Origin: Candidatus Aenigmatarchaeota archaeon
Lineage (GTDB): Archaea; Aenigmatarchaeota; Aenigmatarchaeia; QMZP01
Direction of reading: 5' to 3'
Assembly: GCA_043824495.1 (NCBI GenBank)
Contig: JBDRSV010000015.1
Span: 32,979 to 96,978 of the forward strand
Length of the DNA stretch: 64,000 bases
Positions 37,178 through 46,970 of this stretch are shown piece by piece. Each line of letters starts with the position of its first letter. The first letter of the stretch is position 1. The translations under genes and the position numbers were made by a program. The notes under the pieces were generated by a model. That model was not told where the DNA came from and searched no databases. It was given only the letters and a program-made list of their open reading frames with translations.

Positions 37178-37640
37178 AATGCCGAGACCAAGAATACCAA
37201 GAAGCGTTAGAAATGAGCCGAATGTGACTTACTTCAAGCCGGCTGGGATTATGATGAAACAGTTGGAACAGGTGATACTTACTGTTGATGAATTTGAAGC
37301 CCTGAGGCTGAAGGATTATGAAAGCGTGGAACAGACAAAATCCGCTGAGAAGATGAATATTTCCCAGCCGACATTCCAGAGATTATTATTGTCTGCGAGA
37401 AGAAAGATAGCTGATGCGATTGTCAATGGTAAGGCAATCAAAATAGAAGGAGGAGACTATAAAATATCCAGAAGAGGTGATTCTATGAAAGGAAGAGGTA
37501 GAATGAGTGGCTTTGCTGCTGGACCATCTGGAAACTGTATATGCACAAAATGTGGACATAAAGTTCCACACCAAAAAGGTATGCCATGTTATCAGATGAA
37601 ATGTCCGAAATGTGGAGGAGCCGAAATGACAAGAGGATAG
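37170..37640 (+). CDS. DUF134 domain protein with C-terminal Cys4 Zn-ribbon
   Basis: MPRPR...DEFEALRLKD...MNISQPTFQRLLLSARRKIADAIVNGKAIKIEGG; CTKC...CPKC. Start 37170 or 37179. Confidence 0.85.
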   Translation: MIEMPRPRIPRSVRNEPNVTYFKPAGIMMKQLEQVILTVDEFEALRLKDYESVEQTKSAEKMNISQPTFQRLLLSARRKIADAIVNGKAIKIEGGDYKISRRGDSMKGRGRMSGFAAGPSGNCICTKCGHKVPHQKGMPCYQMKCPKCGGAEMTRG

Positions 37641-37650
37641 GGAGATAATA

Positions 37651-37797
37651 ATGGAAAGTCTAATATACATAATTATAAACACATTCATTGTAAGCTTGAT
37701 GGCATTCATAGGAATATTAACTTTGATTGTGAAGGAAAAGATACTTGCAAAGATACTGTTAATCCTTGTTTCATTGTCCGCGGGAGCATTGATGTGA
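37651..37797 (+). pseudogene. Remnant of a ZIP-family metal transporter (first two TM only)
   Basis: Hand translation MESLIYIIINTFIVSLMAFIGILTLIVKEKILAKILLILVSLSAGALM* matches the ZIP N-terminus and then stops. Confidence 0.6.
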
Positions 37798-37815
37798 TGG
37801 GCACTATGATTTTTC

Positions 37816-38574
37816 TTATACTAAACCCGCTATTATAGAGACAGCTCCAATCAAGAAACAAAAATAGCTGAAATTAACTTTTTCTGCGATTTTCAGTAGG
37901 ATTGCGATTGTGATTAATCCGAGTATGAAAGACGCTGCTAGAGCTACAAGTCCTTCTGTTGTCACAAGTGTTGGATTTTTAATTGTTGTGAAAGCACCTG
38001 CAATAGCAACAGCTGGAATGCTCATCAAGAAACTTAATTTTATAGACTGTGTTGGATTATATTTTCTGAATAGAAGAGCAGACACTGTAAGACCCGATCT
38101 ACTTAATCCAGGGAGTATTGCAAGTCCCTGTGCAACTCCTGCTATTATGGCGTCCATGAGGCCGAGTTCTTTTTTATCTAAAGTTCCTTTTCTTTTTGCG
38201 TAATATTGAATCAATCCTGTGACTACGAGCAATAAACCTATGAGTATCATTATCCCCTTTCCTGTTGCTAAAAAGAATTCCATGTCTAATAGAAGGAGAG
38301 GACCACCAACAAGCAAGCTTACAATAGTTGCGACGACGAGAAAATTGAATTCTTTTCCTCGTTCTTTCAATATCCTAATAACATCTTTTCTGAGAAATAT
38401 TAGAGCTGCAAAAAATGTTCCTATATGAAGCCATATAGAAAGAAAGATTGCATCTGCAAGTGTTAATCCGTATACTTGGGTAAGAATCAGAGAATTTATA
38501 CCTTCACTGCTTATAGGAAACCATTCTGTTATTCCCTGGACAATTCCAACTACAAATGCTTGCAAAAAATCCAT
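37816..38574 (-). CDS. uppP: Undecaprenyl-diphosphate phosphatase (BacA/UppP)
   Basis: GIVQGITEWFPISSEG and AQGLAILPGLSRSGLT. Confidence 0.9.
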   Translation of the reverse strand: MDFLQAFVVGIVQGITEWFPISSEGINSLILTQVYGLTLADAIFLSIWLHIGTFFAALIFLRKDVIRILKERGKEFNFLVVATIVSLLVGGPLLLLDMEFFLATGKGIMILIGLLLVVTGLIQYYAKRKGTLDKKELGLMDAIIAGVAQGLAILPGLSRSGLTVSALLFRKYNPTQSIKLSFLMSIPAVAIAGAFTTIKNPTLVTTEGLVALAASFILGLITIAILLKIAEKVNFSYFCFLIGAVSIIAGLV

Positions 38575-38654
38575 AAAGAAAATATGACACTCTTTCTTAA
38601 ATCATTTTGATATATCTCTCTCTAGCTTAGATAAAAATAAAGAGAAAATAAAAA

Positions 38655-39230
38655 TTAAAACCATTTGGATGCTTTCACTTCTATTCCTATGCTCTCTAAT
38701 TTTTCCTTTAGTTTTGCTAGAGCACCATGGATATCCTCTATTGTTCTCCCACCTGTACAGATTATTTTTCCTGAACCAAACAACAAAAATGCTACCCTTG
38801 GCTCTGGTATTCTACATACAAGTCCAGGGAATTGTTCTGGCTCGTATTCTACATCATCCAGAGAGAAAGAAATATCTTCCAAACCAAGTCTTGCATCTAT
38901 TTTTGTTGAAGCTACAATGTTCTCTATGTTTATATGATATTTTTTTGGGATCTTTATTCCAAGATCTCTTATGTGACCTAGAACAGTGTTTGTAGCTTCC
39001 TTTGCTTGATCCACGCTTTTAGTACCTGTGCATACAAGTTTACCCGAAGAGAAAATCAAAGAAGCTGCTTTTGGTTCTTTTATTCTATATACTACTCCTG
39101 GAAATGACTCCGGGGAATACTCAGCGTCCTTCAATTTCCCGGAAATTTTTACCAGAGGTATGTCTATTCCGAGAGACGTGAATGCAACCACATTTTCAAC
39201 TCTAACTTGAAATTCATTCAAAGAAACCAC
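38655..39230 (-). CDS. tbp: TATA-box-binding protein
   Basis: Two repeats: VENVVA...YSPESFPG...IFSSGKLVCTG and IENIVAS...YEPEQFPG...LFGSGKIICTG. Confidence 0.95.
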   Translation of the reverse strand: MVSLNEFQVRVENVVAFTSLGIDIPLVKISGKLKDAEYSPESFPGVVYRIKEPKAASLIFSSGKLVCTGTKSVDQAKEATNTVLGHIRDLGIKIPKKYHINIENIVASTKIDARLGLEDISFSLDDVEYEPEQFPGLVCRIPEPRVAFLLFGSGKIICTGGRTIEDIHGALAKLKEKLESIGIEVKASKWF

Positions 39231-39352
39231 TCATTGATTTTAAGTATATTATATTATGGTCCTAGCTCTATTTATTGGTTAGTTGCAAAAAATACCCATT
39301 TTTTCCCCTTTTGCATACTATATTATTAAATAAGATTCCAATAATCTACTTT

Positions 39353-40060
39353 ATGGGAAAGAGAAAAATTAAAAAGGGTAATGTTCTTTTGCGTCTTTTT
39401 TTCTTAGCAATCGCTATAACTCCAGCACTCTATTTCCCTCTTTTCCTACAACATTTTACAGTTTATATGACAGGAGAAGTTTTTACATATGTCATAACAC
39501 AACAGTGGCACATCGTTGTTTTAAGCACTCTTTTGTTCCTCGCATTCCTAATACCACTAACCTTTAGAAGAAAAACTAATTGGAAAGAATATGGTTTGGC
39601 AACAGCATTTTTTGTATCATTATTTGTAGAAATGTATGGTATTCCTTTAACTATTTTACTAGCTTCGAATTATTTTTCTGCTGGAGTTGTCCCAACTCAA
39701 ACACTAATAGTATTTGATTTTTTGGGTGTCACATTCGCGATGGATGTTGGAATGACATATGGAGCAATTCTGATAATAACTGGAATGATCATGATAATTA
39801 CTGGATGGATAACCCTTTATAGAAACATAAAGGACAAAGAACTTGTAACAAAAGGTATATACAATTACTCAAGACATCCGCAATATCTCGGTTTCATCTT
39901 AATTGTAATTGGATGGTTTGTTGCATGGCCAACTATTTTGACATTGATTTTTGCGCCAATATTAATTTATAAATACTTGAGAGTATGCAGAACAGAAGAA
40001 AAAGAAATTAAATCAAAAGAATACGAAGAATACAAAAAAACTGCACCGTTCTTTATTTAG
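39353..40060 (+). CDS. Isoprenylcysteine carboxylmethyltransferase (ICMT/PEMT)-family membrane protein
   Basis: LVTKGIYNYSRHPQYLG...TEEKE motif. Confidence 0.85.
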   Translation: MGKRKIKKGNVLLRLFFLAIAITPALYFPLFLQHFTVYMTGEVFTYVITQQWHIVVLSTLLFLAFLIPLTFRRKTNWKEYGLATAFFVSLFVEMYGIPLTILLASNYFSAGVVPTQTLIVFDFLGVTFAMDVGMTYGAILIITGMIMIITGWITLYRNIKDKELVTKGIYNYSRHPQYLGFILIVIGWFVAWPTILTLIFAPILIYKYLRVCRTEEKEIKSKEYEEYKKTAPFFI

Positions 40061-41087
40061 ATCCTGAACATCTGATTAGAACATTCTTTTTTTCCACAAC
40101 GTCAAAATCTACATCTAAGAATTTTTTGATTACCCAAATATTTGTTTTTGTATGATTACTTAGTCTGGAAGTTGTTATGGTAGATACGCCTTTAGCTAGA
40201 GCCATGAAAACAAGAAGCTGATCGCTTATATGAGGATCTATACCAGAATTGGATATTATTGTTTTGTATAAACTTTCTGCTGCTTCAAATCCTATATCTT
40301 CTGATTTTTTTGACTTCTCTCCTATACAATCAGAACCTATTATTGTTCTACCATCCGAAGCCCACAACACAATTCCGGATCCTGGACAATCAGATTCTAC
40401 ATACATTTCTTTTATCATTGGTTTGAGTCCATGAGATTTCAAAAATCTTACTGCGTCATTGGTTTGTCTTTCCGCAACTCTTGATTTTCTCAAATGCACA
40501 CTTGCAATTGACATCCCGCCAGTATGTGTTATATTTCCTATCTCTGTTAGATTCAATGGTTTCAATTCTTTGCATGGATGAAATTTGAATTCCACGTGGG
40601 CTCCTCCAACTGGAAAGAATCCATGTTTCTCTATGTTTATACTCGCTTTGTAGCCCATTTTCTCTAGAACAGATAATAATATATTCTTTGTAGTCAAAAG
40701 GGGTGGAGCCCATTTACCAAAAGTTGCTCCTCCTTCAATTTCTATTTCAATTGGTTCTTTTATCTTAAGAGCGATAAGTTTGAGTATTTGAAAAACTAGA
40801 CCAACACTACCAGCAGTATTTATGTTTATTTTCAAATCGCTCTTTTTGATCTCTTTTGGATGGAATTCAACTTCAGTTGAGTTTGGTTCCGCTCCTTTTA
40901 GATCGGCTGAGCATAGTTCTGCCGCAGCTTTGAGACCTTCTAGATGCTGCGCTTTTAGTCCCCCATGAAGTCTGTTTTTTCTTATATTGAAAATCTTGAC
41001 TGGTTTTCCTGTGACAATAGATAACCCTATAGCTGTTCTTAGAACTGCTCCACCACCAGAACCATATGACCCATCTATTTCTATCAT
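40053..41087 (-). CDS. rtcA: RNA 3'-terminal phosphate cyclase
   Basis: MIEIDGSYGSGGGAVLRTA, GLKAQH, HGFFPVGG, SDQLL and HTKTN. Start placed at MIEIDG (41087). Confidence 0.92.
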   Translation of the reverse strand: MIEIDGSYGSGGGAVLRTAIGLSIVTGKPVKIFNIRKNRLHGGLKAQHLEGLKAAAELCSADLKGAEPNSTEVEFHPKEIKKSDLKININTAGSVGLVFQILKLIALKIKEPIEIEIEGGATFGKWAPPLLTTKNILLSVLEKMGYKASINIEKHGFFPVGGAHVEFKFHPCKELKPLNLTEIGNITHTGGMSIASVHLRKSRVAERQTNDAVRFLKSHGLKPMIKEMYVESDCPGSGIVLWASDGRTIIGSDCIGEKSKKSEDIGFEAAESLYKTIISNSGIDPHISDQLLVFMALAKGVSTITTSRLSNHTKTNIWVIKKFLDVDFDVVEKKNVLIRCSGSK

Positions 41088-41104
41088 ATTATAATATTCG
41101 AGAA

Positions 41105-42346
41105 TTAGACACTTATTTTTTCTCCGTTTTTTGGTGCATAAGAATCGAATCCCATTCCTTTCAGTTCTTCTGCAAATTCTGCTGTTCTTGATCCATGAAC
41201 AGGAAGGACTTTTCCAGGATTTATTTTTTTTATATAATTTACTAGATGATCTCTTCCACAATGAGCTGAAAAGTCCATGAAACCTATTTTCATTCTAGGT
41301 TTTACATCAACGTTTTCAAAAACATATCTACCTGTATCCAATATTGTTCTACCAACTGTTCCTTCAACCTGATAACCAGTGAGGACCATTTCACAATTCT
41401 CTCTCTTATGCAACTTCTTTAAGTAAAAATGAATCGGCCCCCCATTGAGCATACCAGCAGTAGTTATTATTATACAAGGTTCTTTAGTAGCGCTTACTCT
41501 ATCATTTCTCTTTCTTATTTTACGTGCTTTTCCAAAAGCTTTCTTTAGTTTTTTATAATTGTTTGTATTCTCGGGGTTAGAAAGAATAAGCCTTGTGACT
41601 TCCGCTCCCATACCATCCAAATAGACAGGATAACCTAAATCCGACATTATGAGCAGCATTTCTTGTGTTCTTCCTATAGCAAAACAAGGAAGTAAGAAAG
41701 TTCCATTGTTATCTAAAACATTTTTAGCTTTTTCACGTATCTGCTTTACAATTTTTTCTCTGTTTGGGTGATTCTTTTCTGTGTAAGTTGATTCGCAAAG
41801 AAGAACATCAATATTTTTGTAACTAGTGTCAGCTTTTCTCACAAGTTGTGTGTCAATGAAATTTATGTCTCCTGTATACAGAACGCTCTTTTTAGATCTA
41901 ATCAGGACACTAGAAGATCCTGGTACATGACCAGCATCGTATATTGTTGCAGTTGCGCTCTTGAAATTGACGGGTTTCGTGTAATGAATATTATAACTCT
42001 TATCCATCATTTTTTCTATATCCAACTCATTGTAAAATGGTTCTTGTCCTTTCTTCTTCTGCACTTTAATTGAATCGTATAAGAGTAAGTATGATAAATC
42101 GAATGTTAAAGGATTTGTATAAACACTCCCGGAGTATCCTCTTCTATATAATTCTGGAACGAGACCACAATGGTCTAAATGGGCATGACTGAGAAATACT
42201 CCTCTTATGTCCTTTGGTGGTTGAATTGGAATTTTCATGTCTTGGACATTTATTCCATAATCTATCAAGAACTTTTCCTTCTCTGTGTCTACGAGGATTG
42301 CCATTCTTCCAACTTCACTGGCTCCTCCAAGGCATTTGATATCCAT
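41105..42346 (-). CDS. MBL-fold beta-CASP ribonuclease (aCPSF-like)
   Basis: SHAHLDHCG, DAGHVPGS, YTGD, ESTY and FSAHCG motifs. Confidence 0.9.
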   Translation of the reverse strand: MDIKCLGGASEVGRMAILVDTEKEKFLIDYGINVQDMKIPIQPPKDIRGVFLSHAHLDHCGLVPELYRRGYSGSVYTNPLTFDLSYLLLYDSIKVQKKKGQEPFYNELDIEKMMDKSYNIHYTKPVNFKSATATIYDAGHVPGSSSVLIRSKKSVLYTGDINFIDTQLVRKADTSYKNIDVLLCESTYTEKNHPNREKIVKQIREKAKNVLDNNGTFLLPCFAIGRTQEMLLIMSDLGYPVYLDGMGAEVTRLILSNPENTNNYKKLKKAFGKARKIRKRNDRVSATKEPCIIITTAGMLNGGPIHFYLKKLHKRENCEMVLTGYQVEGTVGRTILDTGRYVFENVDVKPRMKIGFMDFSAHCGRDHLVNYIKKINPGKVLPVHGSRTAEFAEELKGMGFDSYAPKNGEKISV

Positions 42347-42350
42347 TTAA

Positions 42351-42839
42351 TCACTCGCAAATTATTTCTTCTTCAACAACATAAACAGAAGGAGGACATT
42401 CTGTATCCCCATTATCCGTTCTTATTATTGGACTTATTGCAACTCTTTGTAAAGATCCCAAAACAGAAGGTTCGTAATCAACCTCTAATATAATTGATTC
42501 TCCTGGCTCTAGATCAAGTTCAGGTGGTGTAAAGGGTATAATTGCCGTGTAAAGACTACCCTCTATAACTATTTGTGAATTACTTGTTATATCAGCGTTT
42601 GGGTTTGTTATCTCTATTTGTAATTTATCGGTTGTATGACAAACATTGGTTATTTCTATATTAATGTCTTCACATTCTGGAAATTCTGCGGGTGGCGATA
42701 AAAAAGGCTCCTTTTCAACATTTCCCGAAACAGAATCGAATGTATTAATTATTAATACATATGCAGTTGAACCGATAGAAACCGTTATTATAGTTAGTAG
42801 GAGGATTGAAACTGTTGGCGTCATTCCTTTAATTTTCAT
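42351..42839 (-). CDS. Archaellin/type IV pilin-like protein
   Basis: Class III signal peptide MKIKG|MTPTVSILLLTIITVSIG. Confidence 0.65.
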   Translation of the reverse strand: MKIKGMTPTVSILLLTIITVSIGSTAYVLIINTFDSVSGNVEKEPFLSPPAEFPECEDINIEITNVCHTTDKLQIEITNPNADITSNSQIVIEGSLYTAIIPFTPPELDLEPGESIILEVDYEPSVLGSLQRVAISPIIRTDNGDTECPPSVYVVEEEIICE

Positions 42840-42846
42840 ATTTCCC

Positions 42847-43536
42847 CTATAAATTAATCTCCATCACATGAGAGCTTGATGAAACATCCACTCTAAATGT
42901 GTTTTTTGTCCAGACATTTCTATTATAATCATATATTCTGAGAGAATAATCTCCATCCTCCCAGTTTGGAATAGTGTATGATGTTGTCTTATCTCCGTAG
43001 CACATGTAACTACATTCCAAAGTTATCTTATCTTTGTATTCGTTCCCGTGATAAATATACACCTCTTTATAGAATCCATCCTCGGTTGGATTGACTAACA
43101 GAGTGATTCTCTGGTCAGGTGAAAACACAGGAACTTGGAAATCCACCAAAGCTATATTAGCTACTTTTTCTCCTTCATTATCATAAACAACAACTTCTTC
43201 TGCATATTCAACATCCGGAACTAGTAAAGTCAATTCTGAATATCCTGTCTCTACTGGTCCACCAGACATTCCAGAAACTGAGTTATCAGTGTAAACTAAC
43301 CCCGGATTCCCAAACTCAAATGAGTAAACTTTTCTACCACTATCAGATAAAATATCATATCGATAACCATCAGATTCCATGGACGGATAGCAACCGGTCA
43401 TGTAATCAATATTTTTTACGCTTACGTTACCATTGTCAAAGATCAAATCAACTACATAAATATTGTCTGTACACAATGCTTGCGCATTTACAGCTAAAAG
43501 AGATGCCATTATAACAGCGGCAACCAATTCTTTCAT
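42847..43536 (-). CDS. Secreted beta-sandwich protein
   Basis: Signal peptide; YRYDILSDSG...FEF...LLVP pattern resembles the domain following the protease domain in 9394-13038. Confidence 0.55.
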   Translation of the reverse strand: MKELVAAVIMASLLAVNAQALCTDNIYVVDLIFDNGNVSVKNIDYMTGCYPSMESDGYRYDILSDSGRKVYSFEFGNPGLVYTDNSVSGMSGGPVETGYSELTLLVPDVEYAEEVVVYDNEGEKVANIALVDFQVPVFSPDQRITLLVNPTEDGFYKEVYIYHGNEYKDKITLECSYMCYGDKTTSYTIPNWEDGDYSLRIYDYNRNVWTKNTFRVDVSSSSHVMEINL

Positions 43537-44333
43537 AATAATTCTCTCACCAATAGATTTTTATTTAGAGCTCCAAATTCACTAGATTTGGAATAATCTT
43601 TCATTATACTATTCTCAGTTGATCTGTAAAACTCTGCATTCGTACAACCAGAAAAGCACCCAACGTCATCATATTGTCCATACCATTTAGGGCAGTCTTC
43701 TATATCACAATTTGGGGTTTGACCAAGTGATACAAATGTATCTGTCACATATTCATCCGCAAGCCCAGCAAATATATGAGCAAACTCGTGAGCCAGGACA
43801 AGTCTATTATCGGCTGTGTTTATTGCGGCCACATCTAAATACGCACTCGATCTTAGATGTTTAAAGGCTTCGAAGCCGTTGTAATCCCTTAATATAATAA
43901 TATAATCGTGAGGGCATGAAGCTGCAACACGCTTTACTTTATTGTCATCACATAATATATAACCGTCATCTGTTGAACATCCGAGATCCTCTATTTCTGT
44001 TATATAGTAGAAATTGAAGTCTTTTCTATAAGATGTGAACGGTTCCACTGATAATAAACCATTTTTCACTCCAGACAAATCTACGTAATCACCTACATCA
44101 GAAATGAATTTCACAACACCTCTATAATTATCAGATAAGAACACAATATTTATTTTATCCTCAGGGTCTCCATTAACAATAACACTCGAACATGTTGAAG
44201 GATTTAGATTGATTTCATATGCGAATGAAGCTGAAACTAAGACTAAAACAACAATAATAGCCATTAGAAGTAAACGAGATAGAGGCTTTTTCTCGTAATA
44301 CTCAAGATTCATGTTAAATATAATGTAATTCAA
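43533..44333 (-). CDS. M64 (IgA peptidase)-like secreted Zn-metalloprotease
   Basis: GDPEDKINIVFLSD, EPFTSYRKDFNFY, LAHEFAHIFAGLADEY and SIM motif. Confidence 0.8.
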   Translation of the reverse strand: MNYIIFNMNLEYYEKKPLSRLLLMAIIVVLVLVSASFAYEINLNPSTCSSVIVNGDPEDKINIVFLSDNYRGVVKFISDVGDYVDLSGVKNGLLSVEPFTSYRKDFNFYYITEIEDLGCSTDDGYILCDDNKVKRVAASCPHDYIIILRDYNGFEAFKHLRSSAYLDVAAINTADNRLVLAHEFAHIFAGLADEYVTDTFVSLGQTPNCDIEDCPKWYGQYDDVGCFSGCTNAEFYRSTENSIMKDYSKSSEFGALNKNLLVRELL

Positions 44334-44344
44334 TAATATAATAT

Positions 44345-44668
44345 ATGGACATTCTACGCCATTTACTTGGATGGGATTGGAAAATAAGGAAACTTAGAAA
44401 GAAATGGGATAGATTAAGAGAGAAATCCCTTAAGAAAGATGGTCAATTGAAAAAGACACTTCTAGAAAAACTCGACTTGATAGAAGCAGCTGTACGAACA
44501 CTAGAAGAAAGAAAACTTGTTAGATATGAGAGATCTAGATTAGTGAGAGAAGTTCAGATGAGTCTAGCATCAATAAAAGTCATGCTGAAATCTGAATACA
44601 TTCCCCCAACACAAGCAATTGTCCAAAAGAAGCCACCTCAGAACCCGCAACAACAAGTTAAGCGTTAA
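44345..44668 (+). CDS. Hypothetical basic helical protein
   Basis: 107-aa ORF; KIRKLRKKWDRLREK. Confidence 0.65.
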   Translation: MDILRHLLGWDWKIRKLRKKWDRLREKSLKKDGQLKKTLLEKLDLIEAAVRTLEERKLVRYERSRLVREVQMSLASIKVMLKSEYIPPTQAIVQKKPPQNPQQQVKR

Positions 44669-45594
44669 ATTTTATCTATATCTTCTGGGTTTAATATTGG
44701 TTTTTTGAATAATTTGAAATCCTCGTTCATTCGAGGACATGAACAATTTATTAAAACTTCTAAATCAAGTCCCATTATTTTATCTGGAGTTACCTGGTGC
44801 ATTGCAAGTATGTAAGCTTTCTTTCCCTTCGATTCCAGTTTTTTCTTTATTTGTTCTGCTTGTCTTAGAAGCATTTGGCCCGGTTTCAAAGTTAGAAGAA
44901 TTCCGAATTTTTGTGCGTCCTGAGCTACACCGATATGATAAGCCTTGATTTTCTCTAGTTTGTATTTCTGATCACTGAAATCTGTGAGTTCTCCTGTTTC
45001 GAAATCTAGACTGAAAACAGGATGCTTAGATTTTAAGGCTAGACCTAAAGGGTGAAATATTCCTGTTCCCAAATAAAGAAAACAATCAACTTTGTTTTCA
45101 AAAGGCAACGCAGCTGAATAATCACACCCAAGAACTTGAGCCTTTTCTCCTGATCTTGTTTGTTCATTTGTAAATATTTCTATACCATTTTTCTCTAGAA
45201 ACTCTTTAGCTGGTTTAATTGTATTTAGGAATTGAGCTGTTGTAACAAGGCATATTCTCTTGTATTTTTTGAGTTTCTGGATATTGTTTTCGAGTAGAGG
45301 AACTGGATTAAATTCTTTTTCATAGAGTTCGTAAATTACAGGAACTTTTGCTTTAACACCAAAATCTGTGTGACCTATATGAAGTATCAAATCACAACCC
45401 ATTTCTTTTGCTTCTGCATCCATGAGATCGCAAGCACCATAACATGACTCACAAGAAATTATGACTTCTATCTCATTAGCTTCGAGTTCTTCTGCAAATT
45501 TCTGTACCGTTGTTTTTAGTCCTTCAGGTACCTGTATCAAAATCCTTTTAGCTTTCTTCTCTTTTATCTTCTTGAGCACATTATCGAGGTCCAT
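44665..45594 (-). CDS. dph2: Diphthamide biosynthesis enzyme Dph2
   Basis: LIQVPEG, CYGACD, HIGH, VLGCD and CSCPR (three Fe-S Cys). Confidence 0.92.
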   Translation of the reverse strand: MDLDNVLKKIKEKKAKRILIQVPEGLKTTVQKFAEELEANEIEVIISCESCYGACDLMDAEAKEMGCDLILHIGHTDFGVKAKVPVIYELYEKEFNPVPLLENNIQKLKKYKRICLVTTAQFLNTIKPAKEFLEKNGIEIFTNEQTRSGEKAQVLGCDYSAALPFENKVDCFLYLGTGIFHPLGLALKSKHPVFSLDFETGELTDFSDQKYKLEKIKAYHIGVAQDAQKFGILLTLKPGQMLLRQAEQIKKKLESKGKKAYILAMHQVTPDKIMGLDLEVLINCSCPRMNEDFKLFKKPILNPEDIDKI

Positions 45595-45685
45595 AGTAAA
45601 TATGGGAATTCCTTTATAAAGTTTTTTCGAAATAGAATAGTTAAAAAGGCCTTAAATAGGGTTTTCGTGTACAAGCGTGATATAT

Positions 45686-46966
45686 ATGGAAAAAAGATCT
45701 GATATCAGCGGATTACATAAAATGAGCATAGCCGAGAGAGCCGCAAAAATCAAGGAAATCGCTGGTTTGAGTGAAGAAGACGTTGCTCTTTTAGGTAAAA
45801 CTGGGTCTCTTGATCTGGAAACCGCAGATAGAATGATAGAGAACGTTATAGGCACTTTCGAGCTGCCTATAGGCATAGCAACTAATTTTAAGATAGATGG
45901 GAAGGATTATCTTATTCCCATGGTCATAGAAGAGCCTTCTGTTGTTGCTGCTTCTTCAAAAGCGGCTAAAATAGCAAGAACTAGCGGCGGTTTCAAAACA
46001 AACTGTGATGATCCAATAATGATAGGTCAAATGCAGATAGTTAATGTTCCTGATTTAGAAGCAGCAGAAAAGAATGTGAAAGAGAACTCTTCTGAGATCA
46101 TAAAAATGGCAAATGAAAAAGATCCTGTACTAATCAAGTACGGTGGTGGTGTCACTGGAATAAATACGAGAGTAATAGATACTCAAAAAGGCAAAATGCT
46201 TATTGTTCATTTACATGTTAATGTGAGTGATGCTATGGGCGCCAATGTGATAAACACCATGGCAGAACATGTTTCTTCTTTCTTGGAGAAGTTGACCGGT
46301 GGCCAAGTCAAACTCAGAATAATTTCAAACCTCGCAGTTAAGAGACTAGCAAGATCTAGAACTGTTTGGAAAAAAGAAGATTTAGCTTTTGGGGATTTCT
46401 CAGGAGAAGAAGTTATAGAAGGTATATTATATGCTTACGAATTTGCACAGAATGATAAGTATAGATGTACAACACACAACAAAGGAATCATGAACGGTAT
46501 TGATGCTATTACAATAGCCACAGGCAACGATTTTAGAGCTCTAGAATCAGGAGCTCATTCTTACGCTTCTAAAGACGGGGAATACAAATCACTTACTCAT
46601 TACGAAAAAGATTCAGATGGAAACTTAGTTGGAAGTATAGAACTTCCTATTGCAGTTGGTATTGTTGGAGGAAGCACATCCACAAATCCTATTGCTAAGA
46701 TTTCTCTAAAGATACTCGGAGTTAAGAGTTCAAAAGAACTTGCCGGTATAATCGCGTCTGTTGGTTTAGCACAGAACTTTGCGGCTTTAAGAGCTTTATC
46801 AACAGAAGGTATTCAGCGTGGACACATGGAATTACATGCAAAAAACATAGCAATTATAGCAGGTGCTTCTGGGGATTTGATAGATAGGGTTGCACAAAAA
46901 ATGGTCGAAGAAAGAAATGTAAAAGTAGACCGAGCAAAGGAGATCCTTGAAGAGATTTCCAGGTGA
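45686..46966 (+). CDS. mvaA: Hydroxymethylglutaryl-CoA reductase, class II
   Basis: ENVIG, PMVIEEPSVVAASS, DAMGAN, THNKGIMNG and GIQRGHMELH. Confidence 0.92.
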   Translation: MEKRSDISGLHKMSIAERAAKIKEIAGLSEEDVALLGKTGSLDLETADRMIENVIGTFELPIGIATNFKIDGKDYLIPMVIEEPSVVAASSKAAKIARTSGGFKTNCDDPIMIGQMQIVNVPDLEAAEKNVKENSSEIIKMANEKDPVLIKYGGGVTGINTRVIDTQKGKMLIVHLHVNVSDAMGANVINTMAEHVSSFLEKLTGGQVKLRIISNLAVKRLARSRTVWKKEDLAFGDFSGEEVIEGILYAYEFAQNDKYRCTTHNKGIMNGIDAITIATGNDFRALESGAHSYASKDGEYKSLTHYEKDSDGNLVGSIELPIAVGIVGGSTSTNPIAKISLKILGVKSSKELAGIIASVGLAQNFAALRALSTEGIQRGHMELHAKNIAIIAGASGDLIDRVAQKMVEERNVKVDRAKEILEEISR

Positions 46967-46970
46967 TTCA

